A stretch of DNA of 64,000 bases, from NCBI GenBank assembly GCA_024682255.1, contig GCA_024682255.1_4716.1. The stretch is one strand, 5' to 3'. Shown here one piece after another: positions 9,388 to 19,459 of the stretch (its first letter is position 1; every line of letters starts with the position of its first letter). The notes below the pieces were generated by a model. The model searched no databases and had not been told where the DNA came from. It saw nothing but the letters and a program-made list of their open reading frames with translations. This stretch comes from a phage. The translations under genes and the position numbers were made by a program.

Positions 9388-10166
9388 GCGAACGTTTCTC
9401 CTGCAGCGTGTTGCGGATGGCGTAGCATGGTAGCATCCCATTGTACGAACCGGCTCCGGCTTACCCGCATCATGATGGATTCATCGTCAAGCCCTGGTTG
9501 CACAACCGGTAACCAACGTTCGTTAAGCACCTTCGCTTCAACGCGTTTCTTGCGTGGGTTGTAACGCACCCCGCTAACCCAAGCGAATCCAAGTGGATGC
9601 ACAACCCGTGGATAATACATGCGAAGCAATTGATGCATCCGATCCGTTGCCTCCAAGCTCGCATCCGCCATGTAAGGTTTCACCATGGTAAGCTTTTTGG
9701 TATAATACGTACCAACGGTATGGTTACGCCAACTTGGCAAGGCATGATCCCCTTCTCTCAGTTTGCTATCCGGGTTCATCGGCCAGACCTGCTGTTTACC
9801 GGCCAGCATCGCGTACTGCCGATCAACGCAACGAACCTGATCGGCGAACAATGGATCCAGGATATCATCCACCGCACCCTTATTGCGATAACCGTGATGT
9901 ACCACCAACCTGCTTGCGCTCATCCGTTGCGGATGCTGGCTCTTATGCGCATACAGTCCTCCGTCACCGCGAGCGTCGTAAAGATAACCGCATGCGCCAC
10001 GCCATATCACCTTGCCTACGGTTCTCTCGTCTTCAAGCAGCATCGTCGGTCCATCAAGCAAATTGGTGAACCATTGCACCTTCACGCATTCCGCTTGAAC
10101 GCACTCAGGTAATGCCTGATACTCTTTTTGGGTGTATAAGGTATCAAAAATGATTTCATCGTTCAT
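9384..10166 (-). CDS. hypothetical protein, first gene of a minus-strand operon
   Basis: 260-aa ORF with AGAGGA RBS; lies immediately downstream of the 0.9 kb non-coding region. Confidence 0.55.
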   Translation of the reverse strand: MNDEIIFDTLYTQKEYQALPECVQAECVKVQWFTNLLDGPTMLLEDERTVGKVIWRGACGYLYDARGDGGLYAHKSQHPQRMSASRLVVHHGYRNKGAVDDILDPLFADQVRCVDRQYAMLAGKQQVWPMNPDSKLREGDHALPSWRNHTVGTYYTKKLTMVKPYMADASLEATDRMHQLLRMYYPRVVHPLGFAWVSGVRYNPRKKRVEAKVLNERWLPVVQPGLDDESIMMRVSRSRFVQWDATMLRHPQHAAGETFA

Positions 10167-11093
10167 CTAAAAAGTTCCTCTGTTTCACGTTAATTAAACA
10201 ACGTATTGATTTCTGGTAACGATAACAATCCTAGTGATGTTATCAAAAAGGTAACGCTTACGCGTCGCGTTCATGATGCCATGCATCATGAAGGTAATAT
10301 AGCCGTGAAAGGATTTGTGTTACAGAAAGGGTTTTGTTGTTTTTAAGAAGAGATGGATTTAGAAGAGGTGTTGCAAGCAAGGAAGGTAAACGAGGATAGG
10401 TATTTTGATTTAAGTAAGTAAGATGTTATCTGTATTCGTTAAAAATGTATTGTCTAAGTTATCTTGTTTATCTTAGGTTATGTCTTATTGTTTAATCGTT
10501 TAATATTTTTATCTAAGTAGGTTTAACTCTATCTTGTTTGTATATTTAAATTAATTTAAAGTAGATCAATAAGCTTATCTTCAAAACAATGGATAACATG
10601 TGTTTACTACCTTAACGGTAACACATGTCATCTGTGCATTCACTCCGTTATCACTTCGTTACATGCTTATCAACGTTTTGTCTTCACAAAACGTTCAACT
10701 CAAAAAACCATTTGTGATACTCTTCTTCACGTTGTTCATCAGAGTATCTCGTCTATACTCATTGCATTCGTATACGACATAACCGTTATACGCTAACGCT
10801 ACGCTTATAGCTTGATAACTCTAAGGATAAAAACATAAACTCGCTTCGCTCGTTTAGTTTTTCTTTTTCTTAGAGTTATCCTGTTGCTCGTCTCTAAAGG
10901 ACTTCGCTCCTCCCCCGTCCCCCGAAGGGGCCGAGGTCGTGGAAATTTTACTTTCCAAATACATTTACAACATCTGTAAACTTTTACTCCAGGTACTTAA
11001 TCTTATCATTAGAAATTATAAAAGAGAAGAATAAACACAAACATAAACCTTCCTCCAACCCAACAGGGAAGGAGGAAGGGGGATTAATTAAAA
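10167..11093. other. long AT-rich non-coding region with reiterated TTATCT-type motifs and inverted repeats (regulatory hub, origin or ncRNA candidate)
   Basis: No ORF with RBS support in ~0.9 kb; repeated TTATCTTGTTT / TTATCTAAG motifs around 10.42-10.56 kb; 12-bp inverted repeat GATAACTCTAAG...CTTAGAGTTATC around 10.81-10.88 kb. Confidence 0.5.
11048..11079 (-). terminator. conserved hairpin element, AACCC-N4-GGGAA core (copy), downstream of 11094..11993
   Basis: CCTTCCTCCAACCCAACAGGGAAGGAGGAAGG; on minus strand followed by TTTATGTTTGTGTTTATT; identical 32-mer recurs at ~58629. Confidence 0.55.
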
Positions 11094-11993
11094 TTATACG
11101 GGAGCGTTAACGTTATAACCGAATACTGCTTTACCGTAGGTGTGAGTACCGTCAGCTAACGACAGCACCAGCACATTGCCGTACGTAGCGTTAACGCCCT
11201 TGTCGGTAGACTCGAGGGTATCACCGTTATAGACAAAGGTAGCTGTTTGCAGATTGGCTTTCAGTTCATTGATGATCTCATCACTTACACCGGTCTGCTC
11301 TTTGATCAGGGTGGTCAGGTTACCTGCCAGGCTTTCATCGATCTTGGTTTCGTTACTGGTAATCGCCTGTAAACCTACGCCGTAGATGCTGAAGTCTAAC
11401 GGATAGGTTAACAGACGCGCTGACGTTTTGGTACCATCGCCTTCATCAACGTAGGTTAAGTTACCCAGGTTGGTAACCTTGATGATGTTAGCCAGATCCA
11501 GCGTGGTGTTATAAACTTTAACTTGAACCGAGCCATACCACGCCAACGAATCTTCTTTGGCTTCCAGGGTGATCGTCTGGATACCATGCTGGTCGAAGGT
11601 AACCGGCGTAGCTAACGTTTCGGCTTTGATGTCTTTCGCTTTATCCAGGAACTTCTCACCGGAAGGCGTGATCATACCGTAGCGTTGAGCTACAAGGTCA
11701 ACCACGTCACCAATAGTGGTGTTCGCATTAACGTTAACACGTACAGCGATTTTCTGGAACCACTTAGCCAGATCCAGACGATGGTAGGTAACATCGCGTT
11801 CATTGAAGTAAGGGGTACCTTCACCTGGGCTAAGCGTTAAAGTTGCTTCTGGAGCAGAAGGATTCTTTTCTTTAAGAACGTATTTAAGGTCGGTGTATTT
11901 GAAGCTGGCACCAGTGTCGGCGTTGAGTTTGTTAATCTCATCAACGATAAGTTGCCAAGGTGTTTTTAAAGTAAGCGATACTTGAGCTGTCAT
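11094..11993 (-). CDS. putative virion structural protein, member of YYDR...LAWxGSV paralog family
   Basis: 299-aa ORF with AGAGG RBS; motifs TYHRLDL, AQRYGM, SLAWYGSVQV shared with 12135..12677, 23050..23955, 24872..25723, 25734..26681; monocistronic with hairpin terminator. Confidence 0.6.
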   Translation of the reverse strand: MTAQVSLTLKTPWQLIVDEINKLNADTGASFKYTDLKYVLKEKNPSAPEATLTLSPGEGTPYFNERDVTYHRLDLAKWFQKIAVRVNVNANTTIGDVVDLVAQRYGMITPSGEKFLDKAKDIKAETLATPVTFDQHGIQTITLEAKEDSLAWYGSVQVKVYNTTLDLANIIKVTNLGNLTYVDEGDGTKTSARLLTYPLDFSIYGVGLQAITSNETKIDESLAGNLTTLIKEQTGVSDEIINELKANLQTATFVYNGDTLESTDKGVNATYGNVLVLSLADGTHTYGKAVFGYNVNAPV

Positions 11994-12134
11994 TTTCTAC
12001 CTCTATGGTTGTTACATCACTCTCAAAAGATGTAAGTGTTTACAGAAATTAATATATTTTATATTAGTGTGAATAGTATGGAGAACGACTCCGAATCTCC
12101 TTTTCGACCATCAAAAATCAGAGGACACATAATC

Positions 12135-12677
12135 ATGGACTTAAACTTTAACAAAGCAGCGAAATCCCTTCTGCTTGATCTTATCAACACCAAAGCAACC
12201 CGCACACTGTCTGAAGAAGAACTGCAGTTCGGTACTCCGGCGACATCTTCCGAACATGGAAAGAACACCGTTATTCAGCTGGACGCTGCGCCTGAAGCAG
12301 CTAACCTGCAGGGTAGTCAGCAGTTCTACTACGATCGTCTGGCTCTGTCCGAAGTTTTCGCTGAAGTAACCGGCGATGTTACTTTCGAACTGCCGCACGG
12401 CACTGACAGCATTAAGGCTTCTGAACTGGTAAGCAAGCTGGTCACCAAATTCGGCCTGGCTTCCCTGACCGGTGAAATCAAAGAAGAAACCTTCCAGCTG
12501 TCTGCAGGTACTGTTGGTCGGGTAACCCTGACTGCGATCGAGGGTGGCCTGGTATATACCGGCACTCTGCAGGTTGCACTGACCTACGCAGCTGCACCGA
12601 AAGACCAACTGGCAACCGTTCTGGCGAATAACGTAGCTGATGGCTTCGTGAAACCGACCGTTAGCGCTGTTGGCTAA
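12135..12677 (+). CDS. putative structural protein, short member of YYDR paralog family
   Basis: Start re-assigned to ATG (MDLNFNK...) with AGAGGA RBS; contains FYYDRLAL, VTKFGL, LVYTGTLQV. Confidence 0.5.
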   Translation: MDLNFNKAAKSLLLDLINTKATRTLSEEELQFGTPATSSEHGKNTVIQLDAAPEAANLQGSQQFYYDRLALSEVFAEVTGDVTFELPHGTDSIKASELVSKLVTKFGLASLTGEIKEETFQLSAGTVGRVTLTAIEGGLVYTGTLQVALTYAAAPKDQLATVLANNVADGFVKPTVSAVG

Positions 12678-12685
12678 TAAGCGTG

Positions 12686-12727
12686 TAGAGCAATAGTATG
12701 GGTTTTGTACAGCTCGGCTATTGCTCT
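12686..12727 (+). terminator. stem-loop just after stop of 12135..12677
   Basis: 10-bp inverted repeat AGAGCAATAG...CTATTGCTCT with ~21-nt loop, followed by TCTACAATTTGG. Confidence 0.4.
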
Positions 12728-12876
12728 TCTACAATTTGGTTGTAACAATCTGCGTGGTTGCACGCTTATCTTTCTCATTGAGCGCTTCGTATGAAGCGTG
12801 GTGTTGAAAGGGTTGTGGATCTCCTCAAGCGGCCAGGGACCCAGACCAACCCGAATAAACACGAACACCTGTTAAG

Positions 12877-12908
12877 CCCCTCCTCATCCGTTATTGGGTG
12901 GGGAGGGG
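12877..12908. terminator. C-rich/G-rich hairpin between convergent genes (variant of the conserved class)
   Basis: CCCCTCCTCATCCGTTATTGGGTGGGGAGGGG, followed by TCTTATACGTCTTTATACG. Confidence 0.45.
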
Positions 12909-12971
12909 TCTTATACGTCTTTATACGTTCCGTTCGTTCTGGAGCGTTTTAGGACGGTTTACGGCGGGGTT

Positions 12972-13607
12972 TTACTCAACACTGAACCCGTTCAAACGAA
13001 TAGCTTCATAACGCTTACGTTCACGACGTTTACGTGCCTGCCAACCGTAAATGAACTTCTCGTCTTTCTCACGACGTTCAGCTAATTCGATGTAGTAAGT
13101 GCTCTGCATATCCAGCATCGCGTCGATGAGATAATCTTTACCGGTTTCTCCGCGTTTAGCGATGTAAGCATCAATAGCTGCCAGTGATTTGGGACCCATT
13201 GCACCATCAGCGTCAATATCTTTCCAGTAAGTTTGACGGTTGTTCATGACGTTGAGATAACGCTGGAGGTTCTTAACCGCAACGGTTTTGCCTGCGTTGA
13301 TACCCAGGTCAAAGAGACGGTCAGCTAAAAACACAGAACGTTTCATGACTTCGTCAAGCTTCATCTTATCCCAGAAGTGGGTCTTGTAAATAAAGAACGC
13401 CATGTCGTAAGTAAGGTCACGCATGTTACCGTTCCAGCCGAATTTCGTTTTCAGCGTGGTTTTGTACTGATCGGCGAGTGCTTTCGTGATCCCCATCATG
13501 GTTTCATTTCCACTATCGTCAGGATCGTTAACATATCCTGCTTCGATACTGGTTTTGTCACGAATGATGAATTCGCAGGTAAAATCTTTTTCAGTAATCT
13601 TAGCCAT
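12972..13607 (-). CDS. GH108-family lysozyme-like muramidase with C-terminal peptidoglycan-binding domain (endolysin or virion lysin)
   Basis: N-terminal IEAGYVNDPDDSGNETMMGIT matches the GH108 catalytic signature (E-G-G-Y-x-N-D-P...G-I-T); C-terminal DADGAMGPKSLAAIDAY matches the PG-binding DG-x-x-GP-x-T/S motif; GAGGAG RBS. Confidence 0.7.
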   Translation of the reverse strand: MAKITEKDFTCEFIIRDKTSIEAGYVNDPDDSGNETMMGITKALADQYKTTLKTKFGWNGNMRDLTYDMAFFIYKTHFWDKMKLDEVMKRSVFLADRLFDLGINAGKTVAVKNLQRYLNVMNNRQTYWKDIDADGAMGPKSLAAIDAYIAKRGETGKDYLIDAMLDMQSTYYIELAERREKDEKFIYGWQARKRRERKRYEAIRLNGFSVE

Positions 13608-13650
13608 TAGAACTCCTCGTTGGAATAACGATTTAGAGGAACAGGAAGGG

Positions 13651-13725
13651 TCTAGAACGCGATAAACGATTTAAACCAGGTAAACCCCAGGTTAAACTTT
13701 TCGAAGCGTTACAACGCGTTCTAGA
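13651..13725. promoter_or_regulatory. 11-bp inverted repeat pair (TCTAGAACGCG...CGCGTTCTAGA) between tail fiber stop and lysin start
   Basis: Two copies of the palindromic core GTTCTAGAAC about 60 nt apart in the 126-bp intergenic region. Confidence 0.4.
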
Positions 13726-13733
13726 ACGTTGAA

Positions 13734-15782
13734 TTACATACCCTTGGTTCCTTTCACGTGATGTGCAATTTCTTCAACCATTGCACGCAGAGCACGAAGC
13801 TGTTGATCATGTTCGTACCAACCGCCTAACAGAACCCCACTATACACCATGGTGTCAAGACTTAACAGCCCTTTATCTGATACGTTGATCATTTCAGGGA
13901 ACTGTTCTTGAACACGCTGTGCAATAACACCGATCTTCTCGACATCAGGATCGTAGTTGTGACGGAAACGGGCAAGCCCGCTGCGCGCCATTTCACGTAA
14001 ACGTTCACTGAGAGATTCCGGATGGTCTTTCAGATAACGGATGTCGTGTTTACTACGCTCATCTGAACGGATGTATGCGTTAGGAACATCGATGTTGCTG
14101 TTGAAGTACAGCGCACTACCACCACCTGCAGAGTTCCCCCAATAGAAGCGTGTGATCTCACCGCCACCATTTTCCGTGATGATAACATGTTTACCTAAAC
14201 GTGTACCACCATTACCATCAACGAAGACCAGTTTGTTTCCGCTGTAAGAACCCCAGAACAAACGCGTATCGATGATGTGCGTTGCGGCGAGGCGGGCGTT
14301 ACGTGGTGTAGAATACACGGTGTTAACATCTTGCTGCGCATGCGCATCGGAAGCGATACCATAGTTCTGTACGTTACCCAACCCAACCTGCGCTTTCGTA
14401 ACAGCGTGAGGGTTGTCTCGACGGTTAGCGTGAGCGTTAACCAGATCACCCGCTAATTTCTGAATTGCCCAGTTGGTAGACTGTGGCGTCATGTAACGGT
14501 TAGTTGCAGAACCACCTTGCGCTTCAGCTTGGTTAGCGGTTGGGTAGTTCTCAACACTTCCTAACCCTACTTGTGCTTTAGACACTTGGTGCGGGTTATT
14601 CTTGTCGGCTTTATGCGCATTAAGCGGAACTAACGCAAAGGTCTCAATGGACGCTTTGGTTGTGTTCGGTGCCATTAATCGGTTAGCTGCAACACCGGCA
14701 CGCGCTTCTTCTTCAGAAGCCATCGGATAGTCTTGCACATTACCTAATCCCACCTGCGCCTTGGTCACTCTGTGTGGGTTGTTATAATCGGCTTTGTGCG
14801 CATTAAGTGGAATCAATGCGAATTGTTCAATCGCGGCAACGGTACGTAGCGGTGTCATGAAACGGTTGTTCGCTGTTCCGGCTTTCGCCTCATCATCCGA
14901 AGCGGTCGGGAAGTTATCAACGTTCCCAAGGTTAACCTGTGCTTTGGTGACGCTGTGTGGGTTATCCCGGCGGTTAGCGTGAGCATCGACTAGATCGCCC
15001 GCCAGTTTAGCAATTGCCCATCCAACCGTTTGTGCGGTCATGTATCGGTCAGGTGCGGTACCGGCTTCTGCCTCCGCCTTGTTTGCAGTAGGATAGTTCT
15101 GTACGTTACCTAGTCCGACTTGGGCTTTTGTTACTTCGTGCGGGTTATCGGTACGGTTAGCGTGTGCGTAATGCAGATCGGTCAGATCTTTATCCGCTGC
15201 TTGCATGTCTTTGCGTAGCTGATCGATTGCCGCCCAGAGACGGTTATCGGATGCAGCATCACCGATAAGTATTGCGGCTTTCAGTGAATAGATCGCTAAG
15301 CAAAGATGTTCGGTACCGTAAATAGCACTAACGTGGTGGATGTGTGGTTCAGGCGGATAAAGTTCCGGTTTGTTCTTGATGTCGTCCCAGTTGATCGGAC
15401 GATCGTCAAGTTTGAGTTCTTCGATAGCCTGATACAACGCGTCAATAAGACTTACGTAAACACCACCGATGATACGATAGTCGTTAACTAATGTCCCCTC
15501 GATATCATCGTTGATGATGGCGATGGCTGCACAGATTTCTTTACCTGCGTAAAGCGTCGCATCCTGATACAAGAAAATGGGTTTATAATCCACGCCTCGT
15601 ACCAGTGTCTTACCGGTAAGCTTTTCAGTGATGACCAGACTTTCGGTGAAGAACGGTCCGCCATCAAGGGCGTAACATTTATTCTCGGTTCGTGGAACGG
15701 TATGCTCTTCACCAACGATGTGGTTGCTGGCGAGTGTACCGGTCCAGTCCTCGGGGTACTTCAGGGTAATTGGTGTCGACAT
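13734..15782 (-). CDS. tail fiber protein with five ~60-aa repeats and C-terminal intramolecular chaperone (peptidase S74-like, self-cleaving) domain
   Basis: Five repeats of H-A-N-R-x-D-N-P-H-x-V-T-K-A-Q-V-G-L-G-N-V-x-N-Y; C-terminal YIRSDERSKHDIRYL...GVIAQRVQEQFPEMI matches the S-D-x-R-x-K-x-x-I chaperone-domain signature. Confidence 0.8.
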   Translation of the reverse strand: MSTPITLKYPEDWTGTLASNHIVGEEHTVPRTENKCYALDGGPFFTESLVITEKLTGKTLVRGVDYKPIFLYQDATLYAGKEICAAIAIINDDIEGTLVNDYRIIGGVYVSLIDALYQAIEELKLDDRPINWDDIKNKPELYPPEPHIHHVSAIYGTEHLCLAIYSLKAAILIGDAASDNRLWAAIDQLRKDMQAADKDLTDLHYAHANRTDNPHEVTKAQVGLGNVQNYPTANKAEAEAGTAPDRYMTAQTVGWAIAKLAGDLVDAHANRRDNPHSVTKAQVNLGNVDNFPTASDDEAKAGTANNRFMTPLRTVAAIEQFALIPLNAHKADYNNPHRVTKAQVGLGNVQDYPMASEEEARAGVAANRLMAPNTTKASIETFALVPLNAHKADKNNPHQVSKAQVGLGSVENYPTANQAEAQGGSATNRYMTPQSTNWAIQKLAGDLVNAHANRRDNPHAVTKAQVGLGNVQNYGIASDAHAQQDVNTVYSTPRNARLAATHIIDTRLFWGSYSGNKLVFVDGNGGTRLGKHVIITENGGGEITRFYWGNSAGGGSALYFNSNIDVPNAYIRSDERSKHDIRYLKDHPESLSERLREMARSGLARFRHNYDPDVEKIGVIAQRVQEQFPEMINVSDKGLLSLDTMVYSGVLLGGWYEHDQQLRALRAMVEEIAHHVKGTKGM

Positions 15783-15795
15783 AACCTGGAGGTCC

Positions 15796-18390
15796 TTATA
15801 ACGTGACTGTACCTAATTTGGTTGTCTTATTGAGATTAATGACAGAGATCTGGGTATCGCTGGTCGTAATCGTTCCGATATTAACGCGCTGTCCTTTATC
15901 ATCTTCTTGCTTGTAGATGGTTAACTCCAGTTCTAACTGGTCGCCATTAGGAACAACGGAAACGTACCATGTTTTATTACCTGGTGAGCTATTATAGTCT
16001 TTTAGGTTATAATGGCCTTTAGGTAAGGTCATGACCTTACCGGCAAACAAGCAAGTGATGTCTTCGTTGATGTAGATATCGTAACCGGAAGCAGCAACGA
16101 CCGTAGAAACCATGTAGACATGTTTGACGGTACCTGCGAGGTATTCGGCTACGCTTGGCCCATATGCTCTGAATACCTGTCCGCCATTGGATAAACGGTA
16201 CGCTTCCCCAAGGTCAACGTACCCCAGACCCCATACCGGATGGACGTTGTAACGACGTCCGCTGCTGGCCAAATACTCATAAAGCTCATCTACCGATAAC
16301 CCAACCCACGCACCACTGGCGTTCTTAGCACCACGGAATTGAAAATCGTTTGCGTTTCCTGGAGTAGCAACGCGCACGGACATCGCCCCGGCGATTAACC
16401 AGCCATCAGCGCATTTACGATACCCTAATGGTCCCCACGCCCCCAGAGTGTTATCAATGTTATTGATTTGGTCCCGAGGCGTGTAAGTTACCGTTGTGAC
16501 GACCCCCGTTACGGTAATGTTCCCTTCCCGAGCGCTAGTCGTTACTTCAGACGTCATGATAGCCGCCTTCCTGGAGACAGGATCGTACACCGATATGAAC
16601 ATCAAGCAGGGGGCCCCTGTGGACGCTGGAGGAACCACGATAGAGCCGCGTATAACGGAGTATCTCTCAAGCTTCGGCGACGTGTAGGTATCCCAACAAA
16701 GTTTGGCCGCTCTGTCGAGTTCTGCCTGCGTGATGCTTATCGATGCCCCCTTTAAGGCTAACGTATCAGGGTCGACCTCAACCCTGCTGCTTAATCTCCC
16801 TTCCTGTAACCAGCTACCAGTCACTATCGTCTGGTCGTCGCTCATGTGAATTGTCGCGAAACGTTCGCTCACTGAACCGCCTACGTGGACGCGACTGGTT
16901 GGCGGGAATCCCGTCACATCGACCACGCTGTTCTTATAGCGATAACTCAAATCCCAATCAGTGGTTATTAACCGCTTTTCGAAATTGCTCTGACCCCCTG
17001 GGATGCGGGATAAGACATAGACCTTGTTCTTCGCCGTGAAGCCAACGAAGCCGTGTGGACCACAGGACCCAACAACGCGGTCCATGATGTTAATCCAGTT
17101 CCCCACCTCGTACGCGGATATTGGGGTGAGTTTCGCAAGTTCGTCGAAGACATTACCAGCGTAGTCACCAATGCGATACGATCGAACCATCGGCGAGGCC
17201 AGGTTATCATTCACACAGCTGGTAACCAGACCGTCCTCGCGAATGACCATGTTCCCGGTAAGGTTGCCCCCACCCCATGCCCAGAATCCGTCTTTATAAT
17301 CACGGTCACGAGTTGACATCGTACAAGGGCCACGAAAGGACACCGAACCATCGGAGTTCACTTGTAATGACGGCGTTCCAGCATTGGGACTTAATGTCCA
17401 TTGCTTCGTATCCAGGTTCAAATCGACGTACCAGATCGTTGTCCCCTGGTCGGCGATATTCACGGTACTGTTAGTGTACCATGCCGTCGTGCAGTAGATT
17501 CGCGCAATGTTACCTCTTACAACAGCGTAATTTCGAACACCCGCACGAATAGGGATAAACGTCGTTAATTGACTAGGGTACGCTGTATGGTTTAACACTT
17601 CCCAGAAAAGAATGTGGTCGAGGTTGGTTTTCGTCGTTCCCTCAAAAATCTTTCCACTAAACCCGGTTTCTTTGGTGAACTGTACAGCCGCACCATTTTT
17701 AATGTCCGATAACATACAGGTATGTACATCGAGCCCGTGTTTCCCTTCATATTCCCACCAGACTAACAGGTACACTTTGTTTTTGTAGACGAACGTACTA
17801 CAGCGCGCCATGCTGTTGGTAATACCCTCTACCGACCCGGTACACATAGCGGCGACATGCATCTCTACGTTGAATGTGCCGTTAGTCAGAACGATGTAGG
17901 GCTGTGTGTTCTCGTCGTTTGCGTCCATCGCGATACCCATCATCACGCCGTGGTTATGACACCAGACCGATTGTGGGATTTTAGGTAGTGCTGTAGGGTT
18001 GTACTGGCGACTGGTACCTATGGCGGTATCGAGCAACCCTTCACCATTGTTTTTACAGATAGCGTAATACACCCCGTTTTTCATGCTGTTGGATGCAGAG
18101 CGAAGGATGGAAACACTCCCGTCTGCTTCCTGACAGATTCCGTAGGTACGACGTTCGGTCATGGCTATCGCGCCATCAGCTGACCCTTCGATGGCGAGAG
18201 GGAAGTAACTTTGATCGCCAATTTGTTCGATATCGGTTACGTCAATATCAATGTACTTTTCCATCTCGGTGTTGAACTCTGCAGTGCTGTACGCGCCGAG
18301 ATCGCCAGCCTTTAACCCTGTTGGATTGCTTCTGCTAGCGATGCGCTCGGTAACACTGGTCACCAGTTCGCTAAATTTTTTCATTGCCAT
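15796..18390 (-). CDS. large tail-associated structural protein (putative fiber, spike or baseplate component)
   Basis: 864-aa ORF between two tail fiber genes; G/S/T/N-rich composition; no catalytic motif recognised. Confidence 0.5.
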   Translation of the reverse strand: MAMKKFSELVTSVTERIASRSNPTGLKAGDLGAYSTAEFNTEMEKYIDIDVTDIEQIGDQSYFPLAIEGSADGAIAMTERRTYGICQEADGSVSILRSASNSMKNGVYYAICKNNGEGLLDTAIGTSRQYNPTALPKIPQSVWCHNHGVMMGIAMDANDENTQPYIVLTNGTFNVEMHVAAMCTGSVEGITNSMARCSTFVYKNKVYLLVWWEYEGKHGLDVHTCMLSDIKNGAAVQFTKETGFSGKIFEGTTKTNLDHILFWEVLNHTAYPSQLTTFIPIRAGVRNYAVVRGNIARIYCTTAWYTNSTVNIADQGTTIWYVDLNLDTKQWTLSPNAGTPSLQVNSDGSVSFRGPCTMSTRDRDYKDGFWAWGGGNLTGNMVIREDGLVTSCVNDNLASPMVRSYRIGDYAGNVFDELAKLTPISAYEVGNWINIMDRVVGSCGPHGFVGFTAKNKVYVLSRIPGGQSNFEKRLITTDWDLSYRYKNSVVDVTGFPPTSRVHVGGSVSERFATIHMSDDQTIVTGSWLQEGRLSSRVEVDPDTLALKGASISITQAELDRAAKLCWDTYTSPKLERYSVIRGSIVVPPASTGAPCLMFISVYDPVSRKAAIMTSEVTTSAREGNITVTGVVTTVTYTPRDQINNIDNTLGAWGPLGYRKCADGWLIAGAMSVRVATPGNANDFQFRGAKNASGAWVGLSVDELYEYLASSGRRYNVHPVWGLGYVDLGEAYRLSNGGQVFRAYGPSVAEYLAGTVKHVYMVSTVVAASGYDIYINEDITCLFAGKVMTLPKGHYNLKDYNSSPGNKTWYVSVVPNGDQLELELTIYKQEDDKGQRVNIGTITTSDTQISVINLNKTTKLGTVTL

Positions 18391-18402
18391 TATTCACCTC
18401 AG

Positions 18403-18888
18403 TTAAATCGGCGAATCAGGTAATTGACCATCGACAATCTCGATAGTGGCCACTTTACGTGTCGCAGCAAGATGTGCTGTGCCCTGAACTTTGTTCCAGG
18501 TACCGATACGCATCACGTTTTTATAGCTGCTGTTACTGTCGCTCAATGTGTAAACAAAACCGTTATCCGTGACAGCAAGATAGATCCAACCGGTTGATGC
18601 GCTAACACCAGAAACATCCAACGTGGTCGCGGGAACCGTTCCTGTTATCGTGTTGTATTCCGCTTCACCTTGGCCGATGCTGATCCTCCCGTTGTTGTAG
18701 CTGGCTGCTGGAATTATTTTATTTCGGCTGAAGAAAAGGAACGGAAGATAACGTTGTGTAACAAGAGGCGTAAGTTTAGGAGCCACTTCTGTCTTAGCGT
18801 ACACGTTTGTCTGTGTCGTTGTTACTGAATGAGGATTCTTCTTGGCCAGGTAGGCTCCCCATTCAGAAAGCAATGTCGATAACTTCAT
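18403..18888 (-). CDS. short tail-fiber-like protein (paralog of 18893..19408)
   Basis: 161 aa; N-terminus MKLSTLLSEWGAYLAKKNPHSVTTTQ carries a degenerate fiber repeat motif (NPHxVT). Confidence 0.5.
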   Translation of the reverse strand: MKLSTLLSEWGAYLAKKNPHSVTTTQTNVYAKTEVAPKLTPLVTQRYLPFLFFSRNKIIPAASYNNGRISIGQGEAEYNTITGTVPATTLDVSGVSASTGWIYLAVTDNGFVYTLSDSNSSYKNVMRIGTWNKVQGTAHLAATRKVATIEIVDGQLPDSPI

Positions 18889-18892
18889 ACGG

Positions 18893-19408
18893 CTACCCCA
18901 TGTAACGTTTTTGGCCGAGGATGAAGACCTTGTTAAGGACCACCGAGGTAATGCCTGACGCGTTGCAACTCACCTGCCCAACACGAATCGCTGTTGATGA
19001 ATCAGCCCCAGCACTACTGTTCCAACTCCAGCCGACCGACCCACCTTTCTGATGAATGAAAAGATAACCGGTTCTGTTCGCCCAGTCGGAAGTAAGATTT
19101 TTGATGTCTAGCGTTCCTTTCGCCAGAATATAGTCGGTACCGGAGATCATGACGGGGATTTCAGGATACGAGATTACCGTACCGCTAGCGGTAACGTTGC
19201 TGATGCGATCACTACGGATATCAGTGCAATCACCGAAATACGCTACAGGGAGTATCCCCTTAGGTAGCTTTTTGTCGATTTTTGTATCGACCGTGCTTTT
19301 ATCGGGTGCGTCGATTTGCGCTGCAGTGACTTGGTTAGGGTTATCCTTCCTTGTGTACCATGTCGTCATGCGAGCACCCAATTCACTCATTTTTGTGCCC
19401 ATTTTCAC
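18893..19408 (-). CDS. short tail-fiber-like protein (paralog of 18403..18888)
   Basis: 171 aa; N-terminus MKMGTKMSELGARMTTWYTRKDNPNQVTAAQ carries a degenerate fiber repeat motif. Confidence 0.5.
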   Translation of the reverse strand: MKMGTKMSELGARMTTWYTRKDNPNQVTAAQIDAPDKSTVDTKIDKKLPKGILPVAYFGDCTDIRSDRISNVTASGTVISYPEIPVMISGTDYILAKGTLDIKNLTSDWANRTGYLFIHQKGGSVGWSWNSSAGADSSTAIRVGQVSCNASGITSVVLNKVFILGQKRYMG

Positions 19409-19459
19409 ATCCTATCGAAAAATAAAAAGAAGGAAAGGTGGGTAGAACCCACCCATCCG

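Noticed and set aside
9597-10112. Plus-strand ORFs 9597..10112 (171 aa) and 9734..10069 (111 aa)
   Set aside because: Antisense to the 260-aa minus-strand gene 9384..10166, which has an RBS and operon context; His/Arg/Pro-rich translations.
10790-10960. Possible tRNA or small structured RNA in the long non-coding region
   Set aside because: Hairpins are present but I could not trace a cloverleaf with a T-arm GTTC-like motif or acceptor pairing by eye; left as part of the non-coding region finding rather than called as a tRNA.
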